Assembly (NCBI GenBank): GCA_013239625.1
Contig: MU053934.1
Span: 6,466,399-6,530,398, forward strand
Source of the DNA: Lama guanicoe
Taxonomy: Eukaryota
Direction of reading: 5' to 3'
DNA length: 64,000 nucleotides
Notes under the pieces: generated by a model
Seen by the model: only the letters and a program-made list of their open reading frames with translations
Told to the model about the DNA's origin: nothing
Databases searched by the model: none
Made by a program: the position numbers and the translations under genes
Shown: positions 36,700-49,403 of the stretch, in pieces
Position numbering within the stretch: the first letter of the stretch is position 1
Layout: each line of letters starts with the position of its first letter

Positions 36700-37112
36700 T
36701 GCACCCTTACAGCCAAGCGAGTGCGCCAGCAGTGCTGCTCACCAGATATCTCTGGCTCTTCAGTTCTTGCACGTGGTGGGGTTAACCTCCCTGCTTCCTC
36801 GTGGTGGCTGGAGCCACGTGACCAGTTCTTGCTAATGAGTTGTGATCAGAAGTGAGTCCAGGCCAAAGCATTTAATAGCTAGTGTACAATTCACCACTGT
36901 CTCCCTCCTTCTGCCACAGTGACCAACAGGGCTCCGGAAGGTGGCTGCTCCATAGCCTGGGCCCCAGAGTGAAGATAACACGGAACAGAGCCTCAGAGGA
37001 CCCAAACCACAGTGGATATGAGGCATGAATCAGAAATAAACCTTTGTTATGATAAACCACTGGGATTTTGGAATTGTTACTGCAACATAATTTAACCCAT
37101 CCTGACTGATAC
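36700..37112 (+). mobile_element. MaLR (MLT1-like) LTR
   Basis: Ends AGAAATAAACCTTTGTTATGATAAACCACTGGGATTTTGG...CATCCTGACTGATAC. Confidence 0.75.
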
Positions 37113-38059
37113 TATTTCCACTTCACAGACGAAAAAACTGGAGCTCACAGAGATTAAGTGACTTGTTCAAAAGCACATAACTGTAACAAACCCAGGTTTG
37201 AGACTCTAGAGCCTGTGCCACCTGTCTGGGGGGCACCACAATGATTTTCTGCTTGGGTGGCCGTCTGTCCTCTGAGGCCACTTTCAGGCTTGTCAATCTT
37301 CGGTGGGAAAGAACCATGTGTACAGACACAAGGAGGTCATTGCCACTTTGGGCCACGAGAGGGCAGCAGAACCCAGGCCTGTAATTACTGGGTAGGCCTC
37401 TCAACAATGGGCAGCAGGTACCTGGAGATGAATGAGACTCCTCTCATTCCTTCCTCTCAAGGCTCTAACAGCCTGGCAGGGAGTGGGATGGAGGAATTCT
37501 AGACCTTAGAGGGACCACATGAAGATATCTAGTCCCCATTTGAAAAGGTAACTGAGGCCCAAATGGGCAAGAGACCTGATAGAAGTTGCACAATGAATCA
37601 CTGGCCAAAGCGAGAAGAGAAGCCAGGACCTCTGACTTCAGCTCAGAGTTTCTGCATCTCACAGATGAAGGAGTAGGGGTGGGCAGTAAAGGCTCCCCCG
37701 CCCAATCTGTCCAGGGAGAACAGTGCCATCCCACCCTCAGCCACCTCTGTGCTTCCCCCAGTCAGACTGGTCCTCCCTCGGGCCTCAAAGCAAGGAGGCA
37801 AGAACTCCAGGCAGCTCCCCTCCCCCACCCACAGGGACTTCCAGCAGGTTGCCCTGGTAACCAGAGCACTGCGAGTTTGAATATCTGTAGTCTGAAGGGG
37901 AGAGAATGCATAAGAAGAGGGGAAGGTCCTAGACCCACATATTTACCATTCATTCAGGCTTTTTTTTCTTTCATTCATTCATTCTACAGAAACACATGAG
38001 GCTAATTCTTGCCAGGCCCTGGGACCCAGAGAAGAAGAAAATCCAGGCCCTTCAGAATG

Positions 38060-38235
38060 GTGCTGTCCAATAAGATAGCCACAAATTAAAATTACATAAA
38101 ATTTAAAATTCAGTTCCTTGGTCACTGTAGCCACATGTCAGTGCTTAGTAGTCACCAGTGGCTAGTGGCTATGCCATTGGACAGCACAGATACAAAACAT
38201 TTCCATTATCACAGAAGGTTCTATTGGCCAGTGCA
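38060..38235. mobile_element. MER3-like hAT-Charlie element
   Basis: Internal inverted repeat TGCTGTCCAAT...ATTGGACAGCA around an AT-rich core. Confidence 0.75.
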
Positions 38236-41202
38236 GCTCCAGAAGCTTACTCGCTCAGGAGAGCAACACAGAGAAAAACAGACCAGACCACACAGCATTG
38301 TGTGGGCTGCGATGTCCTCAACAGCAAAAAGCAAGTGACAAGGTGAAGATTACAGGAGATGCCAGGAGAATGCTTAGCCTAGTTCCTGGCTCAGGGTGAG
38401 TGGCTGGAGGATGTCTACCACCATATAGTGTTATAGTTACTGTAAGGATCTGTTTACATACCCATCTTCCTGAGCAGAGTGTGAGCTCCTTCCCAGCCCT
38501 AAGTAGTGCCTGGCACATAGTAAGTGCTCACTAAATGGTAGCTATTATTAATATCATCTTCATTATTACTATTGCTATGATAGAGGCAGAGGAGGGTGCC
38601 CAGCCCAGCCCAAGGGCTAGGGTCTGCTGATGGCCCGCAATGCCAGAGCCAGGCTGGGTGGTCTTGTGGGTGTCCTCAAGCCCAGGGGAGGGTCATCTTT
38701 GCATGCTCAGGGCCTTGGTACTGGGTCAGGTGGAGTGAGCACAGGTTCAGGGGAGCCCTGCCTTGGCCTGCAGGAACCCCAGCTTGCTCGAGGAAAGACC
38801 TTACGCGGGTGGGCAAAACAGTCTGAGGGTCACAGAACAAAACAGGGTGTGGGGCAATGCAGAGGAAGAGCAGAAGTGAGGCTGGCTCTGGGACTGCTGC
38901 AGTGTGGCCATATTTGCAGTATCCCTATTCTTACTGCAGACATCTCTCCACGGTCAGAGTCTGTGGGACACAGAGCAGATGTGAGGAGGGCAGGCAGCAG
39001 GGCACCACCTCCCAGGTGGCCTTGAGTCCGGGCCAGCCTAGCCTGGCCATCATGAGCCTCCCATGGCCCTTTGGGATTCCAGAGGCTCACAGCAGCCATT
39101 CACTGACGCCCACTGCTGAGAAACCAGCCCCTCCCTGCCCTACAGCCCAGCACAGCTGTGGATGTAGCTGGTGCGACAAGTCAGGAGACTGCTGGGCCCT
39201 TGGCCTGGGGACTGTAGCCTGGAGACTGAGTGAAAGCCCCTGAGGGGACCAGAGGGGTGAAGCTCCTGAGCTGGTCAGTATGGCCAGAATCTGGATGCAG
39301 AGGAGGTGAGGGCCCTGCACTAGAGCCAGCTTCCCAGACTGAGGACCAGCAGACGTTTCTTGTTCTCGGATAAAGGTAGGTGGGTATTTGTGGGTGGGGG
39401 GAGGACAGGACCAATTGATTGATAGGGCTGGAGGCTCAGTGAGGGGATGGGGATCTGGTGATGTTAGAACAGACAGATCTCAGAAATTCTGTCTCTGGCC
39501 TGCTCTGTGTGTGTGTACACTGAGGGTGGATGTTTGTGGTTAAGTGCAGGGTAAACACACGAGTGCCCAGGTACATGTGGTTGTGAGTAAGGGCCTGAAA
39601 GCAGGGTTGCAGGCATATGCCAAACAGGGACATGATGGAGGCCAGGGCAGCCTTGTGTACAAATGCATGACTGGAGAGGGATGAGGGGCTGGGGCACTGG
39701 GAGGGATGATGAAGACCCCTCCAGTGTCCCACCTTCCCTATCCTTGCTCCAGACTTTAGGGACCTAGAATGAGCCCCTGCTGCCAGCCCCGGCCTGGCCT
39801 CCCCAAGCATCATGTCCCGGCTTGCTGTGTTGAAAGCAGCAGAAACAACTTTGTTCCAGAGGGTGAGTTATACAGAGCCCAGAGTGTGCACCTGGCCATC
39901 TGGGAGCTCTGGAGCCCCCCTCGGGGAAAGCCTCATCTCTACAGACCACCAGCCAGAGTCCTTGACACCCCTGCCCCCAATACTGAATCCCCATGTCCAG
40001 GCTGTCCTACTGCTCCCTCTGCTGTCTATGTGTCCTTCTCCAGCCCCACCCCCAGCCCGCAGAGTGTTTCAACAGCGTCCTAGTACCCCCCTTGCCTCCA
40101 CTTCTGTTCCCCTCTGATCTCTCTGTCACACTGCCCTGAGTGGCCACCTGCAGATCTGACCAGGTCATCTTCCAGGGCCTGAGCATTGCTGTGGCCTGGC
40201 CTGGGCCCCAGCGCACCTGCAGCCTTGTGTCCCACCTCCCCCCAGATATAGCCTGGGAGCCCCACAGTGGATTTTCAGAAAGATGACCCACTTTCTCACC
40301 TTCGGGCCTTCTGTGTGAATTTCCCCAGCCCCAGGCCTAGCCTCCCTCCTTTAACCCCAAGACTGAGCTAATGCTTCCCTCACAAGACTCACCTCCCATG
40401 TAACTGCCTGCTCACTGCCTGGCACCCTGGGGTGGCAGGTTCCTCCAGGGCAGGGATTGTGGCTCACTCACTAGACAAATCTCCTACTGCAAGTGCTCGT
40501 TCCTTCTCCAGTTCCCAAACCTCCCCTTGTCTAGGGCTCTCTTCATTTCTAATTTCGGTGCTGATTTTGGCTCCAACAACAGGCCAGCCCAGGGCTTTTT
40601 CTTGGTTCCCTGCAGGAGCCCCAGGTGCAGACCCCTTCTGAAGCCAAACTGGTCGTCTCCCGGCCTCCTACCTGGACGCCTGAACTCCTATTTTGGCTGC
40701 TGTGGGTGGGAACCCAGAGTCCTCTGGCCCCTTCTGGAAGAGGCAGACAAGCTTCCAATAACCACTGCCCTCCACTGGGGTCCCTGGACATGTATAGATG
40801 ACCCCCATGGAGCTGTCTGTGGAGACAGGGGCCACACTCAGGCCCAGGCAAACGGAGAGGTAAACCCCACCCCTGAGTCTCCTCTTGCTGGGGGCAGCCT
40901 GCTCATTGGATGCCACCCAATTTGGGAACATTCTCCCGCATTCACCTGGTGTCTAGGTAGGGGTGTGTGTGAGAGGGCCCACGTGTGTGAAGTGTGTAGC
41001 ACAGAGCAGCTGGGAGCTGTAGGAGGGCTGTAGGAAGGGAAGTGTCCTCCACTGAGGACGTGGCAGTCCCCTAAACCAGGCCCCTGCAGAGGCGGTGCTA
41101 GCTGCTAGTCAGGAGGGGAAGGCTGCCACCTCCAGGACCCAGCACCTCACCCTTGCTTGGCCCCTTTTCTCTGTTGATCAGGGGAGAAAACAGAAGACCT
41201 GG

Positions 41203-42499
41203 ATGGACAACGACTTTGAGATGCAGCCTCATGGAGCCCCAGGCCCCGGAACCTCCTCCTCCCACAGCCACCTCCTGGGGCGCCCTGCCCGCCCCTCAAA
41301 GCTCCCTGGAGGGGTATCGCCTCTCATCCCTGTTCTCAGGAAGACCATCCGTTTGGATGCCTTCCCCCAAAGCCACATCCCACAGGCTTCCAGCCGACCG
41401 GGCCTTGGAGTCAGGGCCCGGAGTGTGCCCCCACAGGAGACAGGCAAGAGCCCTGCGCCCAGAAAGCTCAGCTCCATCTCCTTAACACTCCGCCAGCACA
41501 GCCAGGCATGGCCCCTGGGCCCCCTACCTTCTTGCTGGAAAGAACTGTCCACCCCAGGCAGGGAGGCTGGCTCCCATGGAGGAGGGAGGCTGCCTGCTCC
41601 AGGCTTACCATCTGTGACCCTAGTGCCAGGGGGCAGGGTCCACTCTGAGGGCCCAGGTAACCCAGGTCTGGCCAAACCTAGCAGGATGCCCATAGTGGAG
41701 AAGCCCCTGGTGGGTTCATACCTGACCCTACCTTTCCAAACCCGGTTAGCTCAGAATCCACCAGGTCCTGCAGGGCCAGGCTCACTGGGTCAGAGGCAAT
41801 CTGTCCCAATGTCCGCCCATGTGCCCACTAGAGCTTCTCCAGGAAGAGGCAAGCCCCGATCCAGGGGTATTCCGAGACCCCGGCTGCATCTCCAAAGGGC
41901 TACCCCTATTGTGGGGCCTGCGATGGCCATAGATTTGACTACTCTGGACACAATGAGGCCAGGCACAGTCAGACATTCAGCCACAATGGCCACCAATAGA
42001 CCTGGCTTGGCTGTCAACTTGGCTACACCAAACACATCCGAACTGGACACAGGCACCGAGCTCCCTGATCTGGATACCAAACTGGGCACAGCCATGGACT
42101 TGGCTACAGCAGGCACAGCCAAGCCAGATTCAACCGCAGAGTGCACAGCCATGGAATGGGTAGCAAAAGACCCAGTCAATCTGGGCACAGTGAGGCTGGA
42201 CACAGCCATGGCACTGGCTAGAGAAAATGCAGTCAAGCTGGACATAACTACGGATTCTCTTGCTTTGGCCACAAGCAGGCTGGGCACAGCCATGAGTTCA
42301 GTTGTGCCAGTCACCCCAGACCCAGCCCTTGGGGAGACCACACTGGACAGTGTCATTAACCTGACTACATCAGACATTGCCAACTACCCATTAGGGCCAA
42401 ACAAAAGCGCAGACCCAGTTCTGGACCATGCTGCAGCTGATGCTGCCACAGATGGGGGCACAGAGCCCACCACTCTGGACCTGGCCAGAGAAACCAAAG
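41203..42499 (+). CDS. SEPTIN3: alternative long N-terminal coding exon of septin 3 (432 aa plus 1 nt)
   Basis: Stop-free 1297-nt ORF from ATG 41203; acceptor CCCCTTTTCTCTGTTGATCAG|41182; donor AAAG|GTAAGT in phase 1, the same phase as the short first exon. Confidence 0.75.
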
Positions 42500-44379
42500 G
42501 TAAGTGCAAAGAGCTGGCTGGGGATACACTGCACTGCTGAGGAGGGCAGGGGTGTGTGGGCCTGGAGTTGGATTATGCTTGAGTAGATCCAGAAAGGGAA
42601 GGGGGACTTTAGGTCAGAGTTGAATGAGCTGGGGGAAAAGGGAGCAGGGTTGAGGGGCAGAACACAGAGGATGCACAGAGCTGGGTCCCAACGTACTAGT
42701 CAGAGATCAGGTTGAGAGAAGCCATCAGAAGGAAAGTTTTGGGGGATCACTTGTGGGAGAGCAATTATGCTGAATCAGTCCATTAGCATCATCTGTGATT
42801 CCAAGAGCTGAAATAATCGGGTGATCTATAGGTGAACCCAGCTTTAAAAGCAAACCACCTGTATGAAAATACAGACAAGCACTTCGGTAAGTGGCAGTTT
42901 ATGAAACAGTCGACACTGCCTGGGTCCTCTAGATGTGAAGAGTGATCTCACCTGAGACCTTCTAAATCATTCACATTCAGCTTTTCAGGAAGATCCTTGT
43001 TGCTTAAAAGGTACCTCACCTGGAATTCTTTCTTGGTCCCCTACCCCCAGCCCTTAAGTCCTGGAAGGTGAGTTGGAGACTTGTATGTATGGAAGTTCTT
43101 CTACATGGAACTATGAATACGTCAACACAAGAGCTAGTTCATTTGGTCTTAGAGGGGCTGTGACGTGCCTAAAGTCACACAGCTGGTTGGTGACAGGAAA
43201 CTAATGGGAACCCAGATCGTGGAATTTTCCTTTGGGCAGTCTCATTCCCAAGATTTCAAAGGCTCAGAGATTCCAGGCCTGGCAGATGCTTGGAAAGCAT
43301 CCAGTCCACTGGCTTAATTGGGGTTCGGGGTTGTAAGACTCCTTCTCACTGCACTCTGCACACTCAGTCTGGAGGACCTCACCCAGGCTCTGGTCTTCGC
43401 TCCTCCCTCTGGAACCTCAGCTCTCTTTGCATCGTCAGCCCAGCCCTCTCTCCTGAAATGCAGATGTGGGCAGCCAGTGGCCTGCTGCACCCCTCTACCA
43501 CACAGCTCCTGGGCATGTCCAGAGGCAGCCCTTTTCTTCCTGATTCCTGCCCTTCCTGATCTCACTCCCTCAGCTGCAGTCACAGCCATACTAGAAATCT
43601 GGCTATCTTCCTCTTCCTGATCTGCCTCTCTCCTTCACCCCATTCAGTCTGATTCCAACTCTGTTGACCAACCTCCCCAAAACTTGGCGCCTGTCCCCTC
43701 CTCTCCATTCCTCTGCCCTGGGAGGCCCCCCTCTTGTCCCCACAGCTGCCACAGAGACTCACATAGTCCACCACAGCACTTTCTGTTTAACAGCTGTTGG
43801 TGACTCACCGTTATCTTCCTTTAAAGTCAGATCCTTAGCCTGGCTTCCAAAGCTTTGGGCTTTTCCAGCCTCTTAGCTCTATATCCCTGTCTGGAATTTT
43901 CCCTGCTTTGTTGCACCCAGGAGCTTGTCCCCAGCAAGCATGCAGCTCTTACCTCTGGGTCTCCTCAGCTCCACTGCCTCCTCACCATAGAATGCCTTTC
44001 CTTCCTCCCTCCCACCTCCATTTGCCTTTCCATCTTGACCCTCATCCTCTCCAAGAAATCCTCCAAAATCCCTCATCCCCAGGGTGCCCACCTCCCTGCA
44101 CCCACAGTATCCTGTGCATACCCCATCCCCGGCATCAGGACAGTCCAGATTTCTGTCTTACCCCACCAGACTCAGAGCTCTTTGAGGATAGGGACAGTGA
44201 TCCTCATTCTTGTCCCCGAAAGGCCTGTCAATATGCTATCCATTAATGTTCTTCTGATGGGTAAACTGAGGCTCAGGAAAGTTCCTGACCAGCTCAAGGT
44301 CATAGGGCTCATCATTCCAGAGCCAGGCCTGGAACCCAGGCTCTTGAATCAGGGTTCTGCAGGCACCCGCATCTGGGCA

Positions 44380-45130
44380 GAACCGCACCGAACCAGCCCA
44401 ACATACCAACCAACGCATGACTCACGCGCGCGAACCGCCTCCCGCTGCTGCCACCGGTCCCCTGCGCCCCCTGCCCTGCCCAAACCCGCCCCCTCCTAGA
44501 GGGTAAAAGGCCGAGAGCAGGATCGAGGCGGAGGGACCGGGGCTGGGATGCGGGCACCCTCCCCCGCCCGGCATCTCGAGCCTGCAGGCACAGCGCCCCC
44601 GCGCGCCTCCCCGGCGGCCCGCAGCCCGCGCCGGGTGCCCGCTCCCGCGTGCGGGCGGGCGGGGAGCGGCTGCGGGCGCGGGGGCTGTGGGAGGGGGAGG
44701 GGCCCTCGGCGGGTCACGTGGTGCGGATCCGGGGCGGCGCGGCGGCGCGGGGCGCAGGGGCGGCGCGGCCGGGCCGCGGGCCTGGCGGGTGGGCGGAGAG
44801 CGCGGAGGGGCGAGGCCCGGCTGCAGGGGCTGCTCGGCCCAGGAGGAGCCCGCGCCCCGCGTAGCCTTGCAGCCCCGCGTCCTGAGCATCTTCCCGGAGG
44901 AAAAGAGACAAAGGAGGATTCATGTCCAAAGGTAAGGCGGCCAGCCCGACCACCCGCGCCCACTGGGAGGAGGCTACGGCCCCCTAAAACCCGGCTGGAG
45001 ATGCTACCAGGGGGAGGGTTGATGAGCCGAGGAGCCCACGCGCGGTGACATATGCACGGACACACGCACACACGGTGGCACACACCCCAAGATATACATG
45101 CCGGGAGAAATGCACGTACGGAAACGCGGG
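44380..45130. promoter_or_regulatory. SEPTIN3 CpG island promoter
   Basis: Very high GC and CpG; TGACTCA at 44418-44424; GTCACGTG E-box at 44713-44720; multiple GC boxes. Confidence 0.85.
44922..44931 (+). CDS. SEPTIN3: SEPT3 short first coding exon (MSK-G)
   Basis: ATGTCCAAAG|GTAAGG inside the CpG island. Confidence 0.9.
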
Positions 45131-46298
45131 GAGATTGAGACCCACGAACACACAGTAGGCACCCAGATGCGCACAGAAAGCCCCACGCTGAAGCACACCA
45201 AGACATGCACACCACGCACAGGTATCAGGGCCACCTACAGCCAGATGAGACCCGTGCGCTGACATATAGACCCCTTCTCCCCCACACAGGCGCACACTGA
45301 GACAGGCACCAGCTGGTGGTCTCCAAGGGAACTTGTTGGCCTCCAGAGAACTGGGATGGAGGAAGCGCGTATCCCAGGCCCTTTGCTCCTCTGAATGGGA
45401 AAGTACTAAGATATCTTTTGTGATTCTTTTTCTGACGAGGAGGGGGTGGCTGGAGCTGGGGTGGACTGGGAATTGCCTCTGTGGGTCGGGGTGGGGTCTT
45501 GAAGGCTGCTGAGGACTGGGGGCTGGGGTAGATCTCCAGCTCCAGCTACAGAAGGAGGAGCTTCCCCACCCCCTGGACCCCTACTAAGCCAAGGAGGCAG
45601 GTGCTAGTCTGGAAAGATCCCTTCTCCCTTCTGCCACCTTCCCAACAGAGGGGTGGGGTCCCTGGGCCAGACAAAGACAAAGCCATTCATTTGCCTGTAA
45701 AAGAAAGCACCAGGGTCCTTCCTTGGCAAGGAGATGGGGGTGCGGTTTCTGTGGGGGCTCAGCCAGAGCTGAGTCAGGTGGACAGTGCCTCTCCCTGGAG
45801 CACTGATGGGGCAGGTGGCTCCTGGCAGGAGGTGCTGCAGACAGATCCCTTCCTCTCCAGGGGCCCTGGAAGAGCTGGGAGCTTAGGAGGGGCCCCAAGA
45901 ACCATCTAGCAGGATGGCATATTTAAGTTACATCCTGCTGTGACCCCCATCCTGAGTTCTTCCCCACTCTTGGGGAACTCCCCTCCAGTCCCTGTCGCAG
46001 GGGAAGGAGAAGGTCTTATAACAGTCTACTCCCTTGACTGTGGCCTACACAAGAGCCATTTGCCGGATGGAGGTCAGCTGCTCTGCCAAGGGAACAGCAT
46101 GTGAGGGAGGAGAAAGGTGTTGGTTCTGAAGTAACAGCTGCCTCCAAGTGAGGCTTGCATTCATTCATTCATTCATTTATTGCTGAGTATCTTGTTATAC
46201 TAGGTGCATTGGGGCACAGAAATCAGTAAGACATGGCCCCTGCCCTGAAGCAGGGTGGCAACTGGCCTATGTTCAGTGCCAGGTAATTTGTGTCCATG

Positions 46299-46328
<30 letters not shown>
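46299..46328. repeat. poly(T) tract, about 30 nt
   Basis: Uninterrupted T run. Confidence 0.9.
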
Positions 46329-46331
<3 letters not shown>

Positions 46332-48705
46332 GCTTACAGGGGTCACCCAGCCAGGAGTCAAAGATGGCCCAGCTGCTAGGACCAGGGGAGCTGTAGGCGC
46401 GGAGGATGGAGCTACAGAATTCAACTCCAGAACAGCATTTGTTCTGCGCCCTGAGGGTCTTTGTGTACTGGTTAGGCACCCTCGCCAGACCGGGCCCTTA
46501 GGGGCAAGGACCTTGTCTGGGGTCTAAAAGTATCCTTGGCATTTGGTCTAGGATTTGGCTGGAGTGGGCTCCCATTTGACAGCATATGGAATGGTCTGGC
46601 TGGGATGGAGTGAGTGAATGAATGAACAAATGAATGTGCAGAGTATGAAGGTACTCAGGGGGCCGAGGCAGCTGAGAGGAGAAGCATCCACATCAGACTG
46701 GGATGCAGAGGCTTCCCTGGGGAGTGGCACTTGGGCTGAGTGGTGAAAGAAGAGGAGGAGTTAGCCGGGGGCTGGAGGGGCAAAGGGCCTTCTGGCAAAG
46801 GCTGTGACACGGTGACCCCCCCACAGGTTTGCAGTACTTGTGGCTACCGGGTGGTCGTTAGCATGTGACTGACATGTAATTGCCATGTGGTTGGGAGGGG
46901 CGCCCTGCCAGCGGGAGCTCTCTGTAGTGTGCACATGGGCGCTAATAGTGCTTGTTGGAAGAATGAAAGTGAGATCTGCTTCCGTGCTAGACCTGCAGCA
47001 GGCCTGTCGGATACCCTGGGAGATGCCTGGGAATCGGGTAGGCCGGCCCCTTTTCTCAACCTTGGTCTGTCTTTTGGGAATGATCTTTGAGGTTGCTGCA
47101 GTTGACAGTCCAGGGCTGAGCAGGCCCCGATGAGGACACACATTTTATAAAACTATAAAAACTCCTGTAAATAAATACAAGACTCAATTTCTAGGTCTGT
47201 AAAATGAAGTAAGACACCCCCCCACCCTCCACACACACATACATACACACAGATGGATCTGTCTCACAACACGGATTGTGAAGACCAAATGGGCTAGCTG
47301 TAGAGGCATGAGGGAAATCAATAGGGCCAGCCGTGTGAGCAGCTGGGCAGGGAAAATGGGGCATTGGCCCCAAATGCAGGTGTGCTGAGTGGGGCCCAGG
47401 AGCCACATGCAGAGTGTGGAAGAGCAGGCCAGACGGCTGAGAATCAGCTGCTGCAGGGCTGAGCCAATCTTGCTGCCTTCAGGAGCTGCCTGGCTGGCAA
47501 CAGCTTCCTGGGAAGCAGGAGGGAGCCACGCCAGGCCCTGGGGAGGTCCTGAGACATTGTCAGATTTGGCTGTGACTGGGAGTGACAAGGAAAGAACAGT
47601 TTCCAATTGAGGGAGAGAGTCTTGCCAGGAGCAATGGAAGGACCAGGTGGTGGGGGTGCGAGAACAGACTCCTGGCTGGGTTTGGGGGTGGGGGAGGGAG
47701 GTGCTCCTGTCCCCTCTCCCTCTTTCCCATCTGCTGCTCCATCAGTCCTCCCTGTAAGCCTGAGACTCTGCAGGGCGGTAACCATGAACCATAGTGTTCT
47801 AGAATGGCAAAGCTGGAAGGGGGTGTCCAGAGAGCATGGAGTCCAGTAACTATGCTGTGTAATTAGCATCAGGGCACCTCCCTTTAACAAGTGCTTTCAC
47901 GTGCACCGCTTCATTTCCCCTCCTGACAAACTGTGAACTTGAAAGGGGCAGGAACAAGAGGGTCCGGAACAGTGAGGTGCTGTGCCAGTGCTTCTGGGCA
48001 CCATATCTCATGTGCAATGCTCACCCCAACCTTCATCACGATCCTAACCAGTTTGCAGAGGAGGAAGGCGCATAGTGGGAGGGGGTTCGCCCAAGTCCAC
48101 AAAGCTGGCAAGTAGCAGAGCCAGGCTCTTTCCACACATGCCCATTTTATGGGTAGGGAAATGGAGTTGCTGTATCTTGAAACCCACCCTGGTAGGCAGG
48201 GGTCTGATCAGGAAACGCACAGATTTCTTTTGTATGTGCATATACTTGTGATCTGCCAGGCCCTGAGGAATGTTTGCCTTTCTCCACTGGAGAAGGGCTG
48301 TGACCTCAACCTCCCCTTTCTGCTGCCACCCACCATCCCAAGAACATGCTGTATCATCTGTACCAGTGACTGCCCCTTCTTGGGTCTCATCCTCTCCCCA
48401 CTGGTCAAAAGGGAAGACTTACCCCACATTAGATTCCAAACCAAGGCTTGCAGGATGTCTGGGGCTCCTCAGGGCACAGACACCCCTACTTTGCAGCAGT
48501 GCTCATGGATCAGAGGGGACACTGAGGCTGGGAGACAGGGGTGATGCTCACTTGCAGAGACAGGCAACCCCATGTGCTTCTAAAAGATAAAGCAACTGAG
48601 TCAGTGACAGTTAATAGAATGTTAGGTCTAGTATTATAAAAGGTCTTTGCCCTTTATTTGGGGAGGCAGGGGCTTAGGTCAGAATAACACTTCAATCTCC
48701 TAGAT

Positions 48706-48927
48706 CAGTGGTTCTCAACTAGGATGGTGTTGCCCCCAGGAGACATTTGGCATTGTCTGGAGATATTTTTGGTTGTTAAACTGGGGGCTGCTACTGGTAT
48801 CTAGTAGAGACAAAGGAGGTCACTAAACATTGTACAGTGAGTAGAACAGCTCTCTCCTGACCCTGGCCACTGCCACAATAATTATCTGGCCTAAAATGTC
48901 AATAGTGCCAAAATGGAGAAGTCCCTG
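48706..48927. mobile_element. MER20 hAT DNA transposon
   Basis: CAGTGGTTCTCAAC...GACATTTGGCATTGTCTGGAGATATTTTTGGTTG...AAAATGTCAATAGTGCC. Confidence 0.8.
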
Positions 48928-49211
48928 GGTTCAAGACACAGGTGTGGTGCTTTGGAGCAGCGAGGTACATTTGAAAGTGCCCCAGGTTTCTGGGCACTGG
49001 TCCATATTTTGCATCTGACTTGTTCTTAGGCAAGTTCTTTCCCCTCCAGGCCTCAGTCTCATCATGTGTGGAATGAGGGACCCATCCTGGATGATATCTA
49101 AGGTCCCTTTCAGGTGCAATTCTGTATGATTCTATATCCAGGGAGTAATACTGTGGCTTCCACGTGACCTCTGCTTTCCTCGAGCCCACCCCTCCCACCT
49201 TGGCTTTGCAG

Positions 49212-49403
49212 GGCTCCCAGAGACCAGGACGGACGCAGCCATGTCAGAGCTGGTGCCTGAGCCCAGGCCTAAGCCGGCAGTGCCCATGAAGCCCGTCAGC
49301 ATCAACTCCAACCTGCTGGGCTACATTGGCATCGACACCATCATCGAGCAGATGCGTAAGAAGACCATGAAGACTGGTTTCGACTTCAACATCATGGTCG
49401 TTG
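49212..49403 (+). CDS. SEPTIN3: SEPT3 coding exon 2
   Basis: GLPETRTDAAMSELVPEPRPKP...GFDFNIMVV; TTTGCAG acceptor, GTATGG donor. Confidence 0.97.

Noticed and set aside
41095..41202. First 36 codons of the 481-aa ORF
   Set aside because: GTG start upstream of the acceptor at 41181; the first ATG in the exon is 41203. The ORF tail after 42499 is likewise intronic.
41790..42383. 197-aa antisense ORF
   Set aside because: Codon-aligned shadow of the repetitive plus-strand exon.
43855..45295. Long ORFs around the SEPTIN3 promoter
   Set aside because: Derived from L2/MIR remnants and the stop-poor CpG island; no domains.
38500..49200. REST/RE1 silencer expected for a neuronal gene
   Set aside because: No convincing match to the RE1 consensus found by eye; a matrix scan could still find a weak one.
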